DNA of 64,000 nucleotides from Candidatus Pacearchaeota archaeon (GTDB taxonomy: Archaea; Nanobdellota; Nanobdellia; Pacearchaeales; JAPDKA01). Where the stretch lies: contig JAWAZI010000002.1 in the NCBI GenBank assembly GCA_038817835.1, forward strand, positions 11,831-75,830, given 5' to 3'. This document shows positions 1 to 9,438 of the stretch, in pieces. Each line of letters begins with the position of its first letter. Positions within the stretch are counted from its first letter, which is position 1. The notes beneath the pieces are model-generated. The model did not search any database and was not told the origin of the DNA. It saw nothing but the letters and a program-made list of their open reading frames with translations. The position numbers were made by a program, and so were the translations under genes.

Positions 1-2
1 TA

Positions 3-317
3 GAAGAATTAGCAAAAGCTTATGAAATGTTAGCATTAGCAGATTTATATTTAGCAAGAATAACAACATGGCAATATTGGAGATTTATCGTTTATGCAAA
101 TATATTTTTATGTGCAATAGGTCCATATGCTGGAAAAAAAGAATTTAAATGGATAGGATATAATTATCCTTCTTTTTTCATAGAAATGTATAGAAAAAAA
201 ATAAGCAAAGAAAAGGAAATTATATCTAAATTATCAAAAAAATTACATTGTTCAACTAGAAAGATAAAAAATGAAATGCCTATTATGAGAAAATTTTTAA
301 AATTAGATTTAGATTAA
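3..317 (+). CDS. C-terminal fragment of a replication factor C large-subunit-like protein (5' end outside window)
   Basis: The frame is open from the window edge (EELAKAYEMLALADLYLARITTWQYW...). The ADLYL.RI..WQ.W block and the tail HCSTRKIKNEMPIMRKFL resemble the C-terminal helical region of archaeal RFC-L. Recognised from memory only. Confidence 0.4.
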   Translation, partial: EELAKAYEMLALADLYLARITTWQYWRFIVYANIFLCAIGPYAGKKEFKWIGYNYPSFFIEMYRKKISKEKEIISKLSKKLHCSTRKIKNEMPIMRKFLKLDLD

Positions 318-772
318 CCAACTTTAAAAAAATCTAATAAATTATAAATTTTTTCTTCAATCAATGAAAAGTCTTTAGAATCAAAAACTATTTTAAGAAC
401 ATAAAAATCTTTGCATAAACAAGTAACATTTATTATTTGTTTTCCATCTAAATTTTGAAATATAAAAATATATTTATTAACAAAAAGATTTCTATCTCTT
501 AACATAGATGAAATTTTTTTATAAATTTTCTCTATATCAACATCCAAATTTATTTTTTTAAAATTTCTTTCTTCTTTATTTTTTATTTTTATCCAACAAT
601 TATCTCTAAAAGAAAAAGAAGTTGAAATATTGTTTTTTAGAAAGCTAAAATCTATTTGCTCTATATTTAAATTTGCATCTGTTATTAAAAAAACCAAAAA
701 TAAATATCCTTTATTTTTTTCTTTAATAAATATGTCTTGTTTCTTTAATTCTTCAAATTTTTCTTTTATCAT
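314..772 (-). CDS. hypothetical protein (152 aa)
   Basis: Its start overlaps the thrS stop by 4 nt (ATGA), which suggests co-transcription. No recognisable motif. Confidence 0.5.
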   Translation of the reverse strand: MIKEKFEELKKQDIFIKEKNKGYLFLVFLITDANLNIEQIDFSFLKNNISTSFSFRDNCWIKIKNKEERNFKKINLDVDIEKIYKKISSMLRDRNLFVNKYIFIFQNLDGKQIINVTCLCKDFYVLKIVFDSKDFSLIEEKIYNLLDFFKVG

Positions 773-2505
773 TCAAAACTTATCCTTTTATTTAATTCAT
801 AAGGTCTATTCAAAGGAATCCAAGGCATATCTCCTTGTTCTTTTTTGAATATTTCTCTTAATTTATGAGGAGTAATTTCTAGTATTTCTTTTGTCTTTTT
901 TATTCTTACAGTTAATATTTGATTCTTAAGTTCTTTTTCTCCCAATGTAATTATATATGGTATTCTTTGAATTTCAGCTTCCCTTATTTTTTTACTTACA
1001 CTAATATTTCTATCATCAACATCACATCTAACTTTTTCATTTATATTAAGATCTTCTGCTATTTCTAAAGCTTCTTTATTGTATTTTTCACTTACAGAAA
1101 TAATTCTACATTGGATCGGAGAAAGCCAAAATGGTAAATTTCCATTAGTATGTTCTAATAAAATTCCAACAAATCTTTCTATACTTCCAAATATAGCTCT
1201 GTGTATCATCACTGGTATTTTTTTGTTTCCATTTTCATCTAAATAAAATAAATCAAATCTTTCAGGCATTAAAAAATCTAATTGAATTGTTCCCAATTGC
1301 CATTCTCTATTTAATGAATCTTTAATTAAAGCATCAATCTTTGGTCCATAAAAAGCACCTTCACCTTCAGCTATCTCAAAATTCTTTACCTTCTTTATTA
1401 AAACTCTCTTTAGTATTTCTTCTCCTTTATCCCATAATTCTTCTTTTCCTATTCTTTTCTCTGGTCTTGTTGATAATATAAATCTATAAGAAAAATTAAA
1501 ATGATTGTAAAAATATTCTATAAGTGTAACTATTGAAGAAATTTCTTCCTCTATTTGATCTTCTCTGCAAAAAATATGAGCATCATCTTGAGTAAATTGA
1601 ATTACTCTAAACATTCCACTCAAAACACCACTTAACTCTTGCCTATGAACAACACCATATTCAGCAATTCTTAATGGTAAATCTTTATATGATCTCTGTT
1701 TCAATTTATATAGCAATATATGGCCAGGACAATTCATAGGTTTTATAGCAAAATCTCTATGACCATATTTTGTTAAGAACATATTTTCTTTATATTTTTC
1801 CCAATGACCAGAAACTAACCATAAATTTTTGTCTAATATTTGTGGAGTAATTACTTCATAATATCCAAAATCTTTTTGAATATCTTTTTGCCATTTCATT
1901 AATAATTCTCTAATTATTAATCCATTTGTATGCCAAAAAACCATAGAAGGAGCTACTTCATTAAAACTAAATAAATCCATTTTACTTGCTAATATTCTAT
2001 GATCTCTTTCACTTAAACTCCTTTTGTCTAATTTTACTTTTGCTAAATTTTTTAATAAGTTATGTATATTGTATTTTTCCTCCCCTTCAACAATTATTTC
2101 TCTACTCAATTCAGCTAAAGGATGTCCTTTTACATCTAATTTAAATTCTTTATACCAACCAAACGGAGCTCTAAAAGTTTGAAATTTTTCCTTAAAAGCA
2201 TTTTCAACTTTTAAAAGTAATTCAAACGCATTACTCGGAGAAGCTGGATTTGTTGTTAGATGAACATAAGGATAAATAACAACTTTATTAACTTTTATTT
2301 GTTTTATTATTTTTTCTGCTTCATTAAGCAATTTTTCTATAGCTTTTTCATTATCTTTTCTTTCTATTGCTAAAAATATAACAAAACAATCCTCAACTTT
2401 AACTCCTTTATCTTTTATTTTTTTATCAATTTTTTCTGCTTCATCAATAGCTTTTTTTACAGGTCTAAAATAAATACTATTACAATGCAAAAATAAAGTT
2501 TTCAT
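769..2505 (-). CDS. thrS: threonyl-tRNA synthetase, archaeal type
   Basis: 578 aa. Class II core blocks are present: FRVIQFTQDDAHIF, GPKIDALIKD, HRAIFGSIERFVGILLEH. The N-terminal ~140 aa (MKTLFLHCNSIYFRP...) looks like the archaea-specific ThrRS editing domain. An anticodon-binding C-terminus is present. Confidence 0.93.
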   Translation of the reverse strand: MKTLFLHCNSIYFRPVKKAIDEAEKIDKKIKDKGVKVEDCFVIFLAIERKDNEKAIEKLLNEAEKIIKQIKVNKVVIYPYVHLTTNPASPSNAFELLLKVENAFKEKFQTFRAPFGWYKEFKLDVKGHPLAELSREIIVEGEEKYNIHNLLKNLAKVKLDKRSLSERDHRILASKMDLFSFNEVAPSMVFWHTNGLIIRELLMKWQKDIQKDFGYYEVITPQILDKNLWLVSGHWEKYKENMFLTKYGHRDFAIKPMNCPGHILLYKLKQRSYKDLPLRIAEYGVVHRQELSGVLSGMFRVIQFTQDDAHIFCREDQIEEEISSIVTLIEYFYNHFNFSYRFILSTRPEKRIGKEELWDKGEEILKRVLIKKVKNFEIAEGEGAFYGPKIDALIKDSLNREWQLGTIQLDFLMPERFDLFYLDENGNKKIPVMIHRAIFGSIERFVGILLEHTNGNLPFWLSPIQCRIISVSEKYNKEALEIAEDLNINEKVRCDVDDRNISVSKKIREAEIQRIPYIITLGEKELKNQILTVRIKKTKEILEITPHKLREIFKKEQGDMPWIPLNRPYELNKRISFE

Positions 2506-2540
2506 ATATTTAAAAAAATTAAATCATTTAAAAATTTTAA

Positions 2541-4226
2541 TTACATTTTTTCTGGCACTGATATACCTAACAAATAAAGACCATTTTTTATTATTATAGA
2601 AAAAAATTTAACTAACATTAATCTTGTGTCTTTTTCTTTTTTTGATTTCAATACAGGAATATTCTCATAAAATTTATTAAATGCTTCACTTATCTCAAAA
2701 AGATAATTTGCAATTAAATATGGTTCCAAACTATTTGCTGAGTTTTTTATTATTTCGGGAAAATAAGAAATTAATTTTATTAGATTTTTCTCTTCATCAC
2801 TATTTAAAAATTCTGGATTTATTTTATTTTTATTTATTTTTTTAGCTTTTTTTAATATAGAATTTGCTCTTACATAAGTATATTGAATATATGGGGCGCT
2901 TCTTCCTCTTAAATTTAAAATTTTTTCCCAATCAAATTTTATATCTTTTATTCTCTCCTGACTTAATTCGTTAAATTTTATTCCACCAATTCCAACAATT
3001 TTTGCTATTTTTTTTCTTTCTTTTCTTGAAATTTTTTTATTTATAAGTTTCTCGGCTTTCTTTATTGCTTCATTTATTAAATCTTCAAGCAATATTATTT
3101 TTCCTTTTCTTGTACTCAATTTTCCTCCATCAAAAATAATTAAACCAAAATCAGCATGAATATAATTTCCTTTATAACCAAGTAAATTCAAAGCAGAAAA
3201 TAATTGCTTAAAATACAATTTTTGCTCACTTCCAACAACATAAATTATTTTTTCTGGTTTAAATTTTTCCAATCTATAAATTGCTGCTGCAATATCTCTA
3301 GTAGCATATAAGGTTGACTCATCAGATTTTTGAATTATTAAAGGAAGTAAATTATAATCACTTAAATCGATAAATACAATTTTTTCTTTTTCATCATATT
3401 TTGCTATTCCTTTATCTAAAGAATCTTTTATTATTTTTTTTGCAAATTTAACATAGAAACTTTCACCGAGATAATAATCAAAATCTATTCCTAATAAATT
3501 ATATATTTTCTTAAATTCTTTTAAACTTATATTAACAATTTTTTTCCATATTTTCATTAATTTTTTATCTCCTTTCTCAAGTAAACTAAATATCTCTTTA
3601 GCTTTTTCTTTTATTTCTTCATTTTTTTCTAATTCTCTATTAAATTTTATATAAAGCCTCAATAACTCAAGTATTGGATTTTTATTGAATGATTTTTTAT
3701 TTAACCAATTTTTATAAGCATAAATAATTTCTCCAAATTGTAACCCCCAATCTCCTATATGATTAAATCTTAAAACTTTATAACCAAGAAAATTATATAT
3801 TCTATAAAAACTATCTCCAATAATTGTTGATCTCAAATGTTGAATAGATAAAGGTTTAGCAATATTTGGGCTACTATAATCAATTATAATTGTTTTATTT
3901 TTTCCAACATCATCTTTTCCATATTTTTCCCACAGCTTATAAAAATCTAAAAAAACAAGTTGGGAAAATTTAGAAAAATTTAAATAAAAATTTAAATATC
4001 CATTTTTTTCCTCAATTTTATCAAAATAATCACTCTTGATCCCTTGTATTAATTTTTCCCCAAGTTCTTTAATTTCAATATTTTTTATTTTTGAAATTTT
4101 AAATAAAGGAACAGAAAAATCTATAGGATATGGCCCATATCTTATTTCAATATTTTTTTCATCAATTTCGATTATTTTAGATATATTTTTCTTTATTTCT
4201 TTTTTTATAAATTCAATTGCATACAT
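2541..4226 (-). CDS. argS: arginyl-tRNA synthetase
   Basis: 561 aa. Contains SSPNIAKPLSIQHLRSTIIGDS (HIGH region), GKLSTRKGKII (KMSKS-like) and a YIQYTYVR... DALR-type anticodon-binding end. Confidence 0.92.
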   Translation of the reverse strand: MYAIEFIKKEIKKNISKIIEIDEKNIEIRYGPYPIDFSVPLFKISKIKNIEIKELGEKLIQGIKSDYFDKIEEKNGYLNFYLNFSKFSQLVFLDFYKLWEKYGKDDVGKNKTIIIDYSSPNIAKPLSIQHLRSTIIGDSFYRIYNFLGYKVLRFNHIGDWGLQFGEIIYAYKNWLNKKSFNKNPILELLRLYIKFNRELEKNEEIKEKAKEIFSLLEKGDKKLMKIWKKIVNISLKEFKKIYNLLGIDFDYYLGESFYVKFAKKIIKDSLDKGIAKYDEKEKIVFIDLSDYNLLPLIIQKSDESTLYATRDIAAAIYRLEKFKPEKIIYVVGSEQKLYFKQLFSALNLLGYKGNYIHADFGLIIFDGGKLSTRKGKIILLEDLINEAIKKAEKLINKKISRKERKKIAKIVGIGGIKFNELSQERIKDIKFDWEKILNLRGRSAPYIQYTYVRANSILKKAKKINKNKINPEFLNSDEEKNLIKLISYFPEIIKNSANSLEPYLIANYLFEISEAFNKFYENIPVLKSKKEKDTRLMLVKFFSIIIKNGLYLLGISVPEKM

Positions 4227-4267
4227 ATTAAATAGAAATTTTTTATTTTAAAAAATATTTTGTTATA

Positions 4268-4777
4268 ATGGAAAAAATCTTTATAACAGGAATGCCTGGA
4301 AGTGGAAAAACAACTTTAATAAAAAGAATAATGGAAAAAACAGAAGATTATTTAGCAATAATCTCAGAAGAAATTAGAAAAAATGGAAAGAGAATAGGAT
4401 TTTTTATTGAATTAAGAGATGATAAAAAAATAATAGAAAAAGAGATTCTTGCATTAGATAAAGTTGAGGAAGGAAATAAATGTATAAAATTTGGAAGATA
4501 TTATGTATTTCCAAAAAATATAGATAAAATTGTTGATAAAGCAAAATTGCTTATAAAAGAAAAAGAAATAATATTTATTGATGAAATTGGAAAAATGGAA
4601 TTTTATAGTGAGAAATTCAAAAAATTTATTGAAGAAATTTTAAAATCAAATATAAAAATTTTTGCAACTTTGCATAGGGATTTTATTAATAAATTTAAAA
4701 ATTATGGAAATGTTTTATGGCTAAATAAAAATAATTTTAATGAAATTTTTGAGAAAATAATAAAAAATATTAAATAG
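4268..4777 (+). CDS. THEP1/MJ1559-type nucleoside-triphosphatase
   Basis: 169 aa. Walker A is GMPGSGKTT and Walker B is IIFIDEIGKME. Size and layout are typical of archaeal NTPase THEP1. Confidence 0.7.
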   Translation: MEKIFITGMPGSGKTTLIKRIMEKTEDYLAIISEEIRKNGKRIGFFIELRDDKKIIEKEILALDKVEEGNKCIKFGRYYVFPKNIDKIVDKAKLLIKEKEIIFIDEIGKMEFYSEKFKKFIEEILKSNIKIFATLHRDFINKFKNYGNVLWLNKNNFNEIFEKIIKNIK

Positions 4778-4847
4778 GGCCCGGAGGGATTCGAACCCTC
4801 ATCAGCAGGTCCGAAGCCTGCTGTGTTATCCATTACACCACGGGCCC
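4776..4847 (-). tRNA. tRNA-Arg (anticodon TCG)
   Basis: GC-rich island. The reverse complement GGGCCCGTGGTGTAATGGATAACACAGCAGGCTTCGGACCTGC...GAGGGTTCGAATCCCTCCGGGCCC folds as a cloverleaf. The anticodon loop is CTTCGGA. No intron and no encoded CCA. Confidence 0.9.
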
Positions 4848-4889
4848 ATAAAATAAAAACTTTATAAAATATAAAAAATTATTTCATTA

Positions 4890-6107
4890 ATGAATTTTAC
4901 AATTTTAATTTATTTCTTATTCATAATATTGGCTTATCTAATTGGAAGTTTTTTACCCGGATATTTTATAGCTAAACTTAAAGGTATTGATATTTTCAAA
5001 AAAGGATATAAATTACCAGGAACAAGTAATGTAAAAAAAGTTCTTGGTTTAAAATATGCTTTATTAGTTGGCTTATATGATTTTTTAAAACCAATTCTAG
5101 TTTTTTTTATTGCCTTTTTTCTAAATTATAAATTTAATTTAAAAATAAATGATTGGTTAATTTTAATATTACCATTTTTTACAATAATTGGGCATATATT
5201 TCCATTTTATTTAAAATTTAAAGGCGGACATGGACTAGCTAGTTGTATTGGTTTTATGTTTTTACTTTTCTCACTTCTAATTTACAAAAAAGAAATAAAC
5301 TTATTTATATTTTTGATATTTTTTATCTTGAGTTTTATTTTTTTATTTATATTTAAAAAAATTTTCTCAACACAATTTGGATTTATGACTGCTGTTTATA
5401 TTTATATAATTTTTACTTTAATATTTTTTAAACCTATACCAATATTCATAATTTTATTTATCCATCTCTTATTAACTTTTGGAAATATTATATTTTTTGA
5501 TTTTTTAGAAAAAGTAAAAAGAAAAAAAATAAAAAAACATCATCTTGAACATGCATGGAGGAAATTTTTAAGACCATTAGCAATAATTTTTCCATTGGGA
5601 TTTTTATTTTTTCAAAAGCAAACATTAATTCTTATTATAATTTTAACAATTTTCTTTTTTATTACAGAAATTTTAAAATATGCAAAAATAAAAAAAATCC
5701 AAAAAATATTATATAGAAAAAAAGAAAAATATAAAATTTCTTCTATAACTTATTTCTTCATTGGTTTAATATTAACTTTATTATTATTTGAAAAAAATAT
5801 AGCAACTTTTTCTTTATTTATAATAATTTTTTCAGATTTAATTGGATATAGTGTTGGAATAATGTATGGAAAAAAAGAAATAATAAAAGGAAAAAGTATA
5901 GTCGGTAGTTTATCTTTTCTTGCTTTCTCAATAATAATTGCACTAGCATATTATAAATTTTTGAATTTTAATTTGATTGCTGGAATTGTTGGATGTTTAA
6001 TTGCAACAATATTAGAGATAATTTCAAATAAAATAAAAATAAACGATAATTTATTAATACCATTAGGAACATCTATAGCTTGTTTAATAACTTTAAAAAT
6101 AATATAA
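4890..6107 (+). CDS. polytopic membrane protein: PlsY-like (COG0344) N-terminal half fused to a dolichol/polyprenol-kinase-like (CTP-transferase family, COG0170) C-terminal half
   Basis: The N-half contains LIGSFLPGYFIAKLKGIDI...GTSNV...GHIFPFYLKFKGGHGLA, which are PlsY signature blocks. The C-half contains FSDLIGYSVGIMYGKKEI.KGKSIVGSLSF...NDNLLIPL, which are dolichol kinase/CdsA-like blocks. Confidence 0.65.
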   Translation: MNFTILIYFLFIILAYLIGSFLPGYFIAKLKGIDIFKKGYKLPGTSNVKKVLGLKYALLVGLYDFLKPILVFFIAFFLNYKFNLKINDWLILILPFFTIIGHIFPFYLKFKGGHGLASCIGFMFLLFSLLIYKKEINLFIFLIFFILSFIFLFIFKKIFSTQFGFMTAVYIYIIFTLIFFKPIPIFIILFIHLLLTFGNIIFFDFLEKVKRKKIKKHHLEHAWRKFLRPLAIIFPLGFLFFQKQTLILIIILTIFFFITEILKYAKIKKIQKILYRKKEKYKISSITYFFIGLILTLLLFEKNIATFSLFIIIFSDLIGYSVGIMYGKKEIIKGKSIVGSLSFLAFSIIIALAYYKFLNFNLIAGIVGCLIATILEIISNKIKINDNLLIPLGTSIACLITLKII

Positions 6108-6109
6108 AA

Positions 6110-7246
6110 ATGAAAAAGAAAGGATTAATTGATGCAATAGCAACAGTAACTGGAACAACGATTGGTGCTGGTATATTTGGATTGCCATATGTTTTTGTAA
6201 AAGCTGGTTTTTTAGTAGGAATAATAAATATGATTATAATATTTTTTGCTATTCTTATTATAAACCTTTATACTGCTAGAATAACGTTAATAACAAAAAA
6301 ACCTTTTGAGTTAACAAGTTATATTGAAAAATTAATTGGGAAAAAAGGAAAACATTATATGGCATTATTAATGATGCTAAGCATAATTGGTGCTTTATTA
6401 GCATATATAATAGGTATTGGTGAAGCTATTTCTACAATTTTTAATTTAAATTTTTTTGTTGCAAGTTTAATTTCATTTTTAATTCTTTCAATTATAGTTT
6501 TTTTTGATTTAAAAGGTGTAAAAGAAAGTGAAACTATATTAACATTTTTCTTAATAATAGTTGCTATATTAATAATTATTTTTGGATTTACAAAATTTGA
6601 TATTAATAATATAAATTTCAAATCAGATTTTTCTTTATATAATCTATATTTTCCTTATGGAGTAATATTATTTTCTTTTCTTTGTCTTGCTGCTTTACCT
6701 GAAGTAAGACAAGAAATAAAAGGAAATGAAAAAGATTTAAAAAAAGCAATAATCATAGGAACAACAATCCCTTTAATTATTTATATTTTATTTGTTTTTG
6801 CTGTTGTTGGAGTTAGTGGGAAAAATACTACAGAAATAGCAACAATAGGATTTTCAAAATTAGGTTTTTTTGTAAAAATTTTCTCAAATATTTTTGTTAT
6901 TTTAGCTATGTCAACTAGTTTTATCACATTAGCATTAGCATTAAGATGGGTTTTACAATATGATTATAAAATAAATAAATTTATTGCATGGTTTATTTCA
7001 TGTTTTATTCCTTTATTTCTTTTTTTGATAGGCTTTAGAAATTTTATTAAAATATTATCTTTCACTGGATCAATAGCTGGAGGTTTACAATTAATATTAA
7101 TTACTATTGCTGCAAAAAAAACAGAAAAAATGAAAAATAAATATTTGAAAAATTTTAAAGTACCATTGAATAATATAATAATATTTTTACTTCTTTTAAT
7201 TTTTATCTTAGGAATTATTCATCAAATAATATTTTTATTTAAATAA
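6110..7246 (+). CDS. amino acid permease (aromatic/neutral amino acid transporter family)
   Basis: About 11 TM segments. The N-terminal TGTTIGAGIFGLPYVF motif is present. I place the start at MKKKGL (6110) rather than the track start 6080, which overlaps the upstream gene. Confidence 0.7.
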   Translation: MKKKGLIDAIATVTGTTIGAGIFGLPYVFVKAGFLVGIINMIIIFFAILIINLYTARITLITKKPFELTSYIEKLIGKKGKHYMALLMMLSIIGALLAYIIGIGEAISTIFNLNFFVASLISFLILSIIVFFDLKGVKESETILTFFLIIVAILIIIFGFTKFDINNINFKSDFSLYNLYFPYGVILFSFLCLAALPEVRQEIKGNEKDLKKAIIIGTTIPLIIYILFVFAVVGVSGKNTTEIATIGFSKLGFFVKIFSNIFVILAMSTSFITLALALRWVLQYDYKINKFIAWFISCFIPLFLFLIGFRNFIKILSFTGSIAGGLQLILITIAAKKTEKMKNKYLKNFKVPLNNIIIFLLLLIFILGIIHQIIFLFK

Positions 7247-7830
7247 AGTAAAGATTTAATTTTTTCCTTAAATTTTTTTATTTTTTCATAGTTTCTATCT
7301 ATTTTTTTATTTGTTTCATTAATAATAATTTCCAAATTTTTCTCATCAATTAAAATTTTATTTTTATAAATTGGAACAGCCAAAATATCATTTCCTCTTA
7401 TCTCTATTATAGCCCATCTTCTTTTTCCATAATAAAATCCACTTCTCTTAAAGCCTATATTTCTAGCTAAAGAAACAATTTTTGCCGCAAGATCATAATC
7501 AAAACTAATAATATGTAAAATAAATGGCTCAAACTTAAAATATATAATATCTTTCTCTCTAATTTTTTTCAAAAAATTAACTAAATCTCTAACCTCAATT
7601 TTATCATGCCAACTTTTTAAAATAACTTTTCTTTCTTTTTTTCCTTTTTCTTTCATTATTAAAATTCTACCACTACAACTTGATGTTGTATAAAGAAAAG
7701 GATTAGAATTTATCAAATTTATTAAATCTTTAATTTTTTTATCTATTTTTCCTTTACTAGATTTATCTTTCTTTCCTAGTGCTTGCTTTTTTTCATTTAA
7801 AAATGATTTATAAAGTTGTGCTGTCCCCAT
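7222..7830 (-). CDS. taw3: tRNA wybutosine/wyosine-synthesizing protein 3 (Taw3/TYW3 methyltransferase)
   Basis: 202 aa. Contains DKSSKGKIDKKIKDLINLIN and the hallmark TTSSCSGRI motif. Overlaps the 3' end of the RNase J gene by 23 nt. Confidence 0.75.
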   Translation of the reverse strand: MGTAQLYKSFLNEKKQALGKKDKSSKGKIDKKIKDLINLINSNPFLYTTSSCSGRILIMKEKGKKERKVILKSWHDKIEVRDLVNFLKKIREKDIIYFKFEPFILHIISFDYDLAAKIVSLARNIGFKRSGFYYGKRRWAIIEIRGNDILAVPIYKNKILIDEKNLEIIINETNKKIDRNYEKIKKFKEKIKSLLYLNKNII

Positions 7831-9163
7831 TTTCTAAAAGTAGAACATCTTTTCCAACTTTATATCCTTCTTCTCTTGCAAGTTCGGCATATGAAGAACG
7901 TCTCTTAAATTCTGCATGACTAGGCAATATATATTCTGGATTTAATAGCCTTATTAGATCTCTCATATCTTCTCTACCAGCATGTCCAGATACATGAACG
8001 TCAGTTAATATTCTAACTTTATTTTTTATTAATCTTCTTTCTAATAACTCTTTATTTGCTTGATTTATTGGATGTGGGATAGTTTTACTAGAAAAAATAA
8101 CTGCATCTTGATTAGATAATCTCAATTTAAATTCCCCTCTACTTAATCTATCTAAAACACTTCCAGGCTCTCCTTGATGACCTGTACAAACAACAAGATA
8201 TTTTTCTCTTTCTCTCTCAACTTTTTTAAAATATCTATCCATCATCCCTTTAAAATTTATTAGAGTAATATCATCTTTAAATGGACACAAATTTACATTT
8301 ATTGCAGCTTTAACATATCTATTTAAACTTCTACCAAAAAACAAAATTTCTCTATTTAATTTTTTACCAAAGTCCACTATACTTTTTAATCTTGCAATAT
8401 GACTAGAAAAAGTTGTAACGATTATTCCTTTAGAATCTAAATTTAACATAACTTCTCTAAGCATATCTCTAGCAATAAGCTCACTATATGTTTTTCTTTC
8501 TTCATCAGCATATAAAGCTTCTGTTATAAGTAATTTAATACCTTCATTAGATAATCTTCTCAATGCCTTATAATTGATTTTCCCTCCCAATACAGGAGAA
8601 TTATCTAACTTATAATCATTTGTATAAACAATATTTCCTTCTTTAGTATATAAAGCAATTATACATGAATGTGGAATTGAATGAGTAATAGATATAAGTT
8701 CTATTTTATATTCCTCTTTCCCTCTAATTATATAACTTGTGTTTGGATATAATTTTATAATCTTATTATGAAATTTCTTTTTTTCTTCTTCACTTAAATC
8801 ATTAATTAAATCTTTTAATACTTCTGCTGTATAAGCAGAGCATATTATGGGGGCATTAAAATAATTTGCAAGATAAGGAACAGCACCTACATGATCAAGA
8901 TGTGCATGACTAATTATTATTGCTCTAACTTTATTAGCTAAATTTTTAATATAATTTATTTCGGGTAATGCTCCTATATTATTTAATATTTCTCTATTTA
9001 TTCTTTCTCTTTTATCTTCTTCCAGCTCAACAATTGGAGGCATATATAAGCCAATATCAAATATAAAAGCATCACCTCCAATCTCAACTAATGTCATATT
9101 TTTACCAACCTCATTATAACCACCAACTGTATAAATCCTCATAAAAACCCATAAATTTTTCAT
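7808..9163 (-). CDS. rnj: ribonuclease J (beta-CASP metallo-beta-lactamase)
   Basis: 451 aa. Contains GGYNEVGKNMT, the HAHLDHVGAVPY (HxHxDH) motif, and the beta-CASP C-terminal histidines (VSGHAGRED). An alternative start is MRIYTVGG at 9142. Confidence 0.85.
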   Translation of the reverse strand: MKNLWVFMRIYTVGGYNEVGKNMTLVEIGGDAFIFDIGLYMPPIVELEEDKRERINREILNNIGALPEINYIKNLANKVRAIIISHAHLDHVGAVPYLANYFNAPIICSAYTAEVLKDLINDLSEEEKKKFHNKIIKLYPNTSYIIRGKEEYKIELISITHSIPHSCIIALYTKEGNIVYTNDYKLDNSPVLGGKINYKALRRLSNEGIKLLITEALYADEERKTYSELIARDMLREVMLNLDSKGIIVTTFSSHIARLKSIVDFGKKLNREILFFGRSLNRYVKAAINVNLCPFKDDITLINFKGMMDRYFKKVEREREKYLVVCTGHQGEPGSVLDRLSRGEFKLRLSNQDAVIFSSKTIPHPINQANKELLERRLIKNKVRILTDVHVSGHAGREDMRDLIRLLNPEYILPSHAEFKRRSSYAELAREEGYKVGKDVLLLENGDSTTL

Positions 9164-9231
9164 TTAAAAATATTTTATTTAATATTGATTTAACCAAAAT
9201 AAATAAAAATCATAAAGATATTATTTTATTT

Positions 9232-9432
9232 ATGGATTTTTTAATAGATGAAGAAGTTAGAAAAGCATGGGAAAAATTAAAGAAAAAGAAAGGAAAAGTA
9301 GATAAAGAAAGTGAGCAAGAAAAAGAAGAAAATAGCGAAGAAAATGGTGATAAAGAAAAATGGGAAAAAAATAAAGAAAAAAATGTGGAGAAAGGAGAAA
9401 ATGAAGAATGTGAAAATAAAAATGGAATATAA
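9232..9432 (+). CDS. small K/E-rich low-complexity protein (uncertain gene)
   Basis: A 66-aa ORF lying entirely in a purine-rich tract. Two antisense shadow ORFs cover the same DNA. Coding status is unproven. Confidence 0.3.
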   Translation: MDFLIDEEVRKAWEKLKKKKGKVDKESEQEKEENSEENGDKEKWEKNKEKNVEKGENEECENKNGI

Positions 9433-9438
9433 GTAAAA

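Noticed and set aside
6080-6109. A longer start for the amino-acid permease (MFNNFKNNIK...).
   Set aside because: It overlaps the preceding gene by 28 nt and adds no hydrophobic or conserved residues. MKKKGL at 6110 directly follows the upstream stop.
9142-9163. The first seven codons of the RNase J ORF (MKNLWVF).
   Set aside because: The conserved N-terminus begins at MRIYTVGGYNEVGKN, so 9142 may be the true start. I could not decide from sequence alone, so the longer track coordinates were kept.
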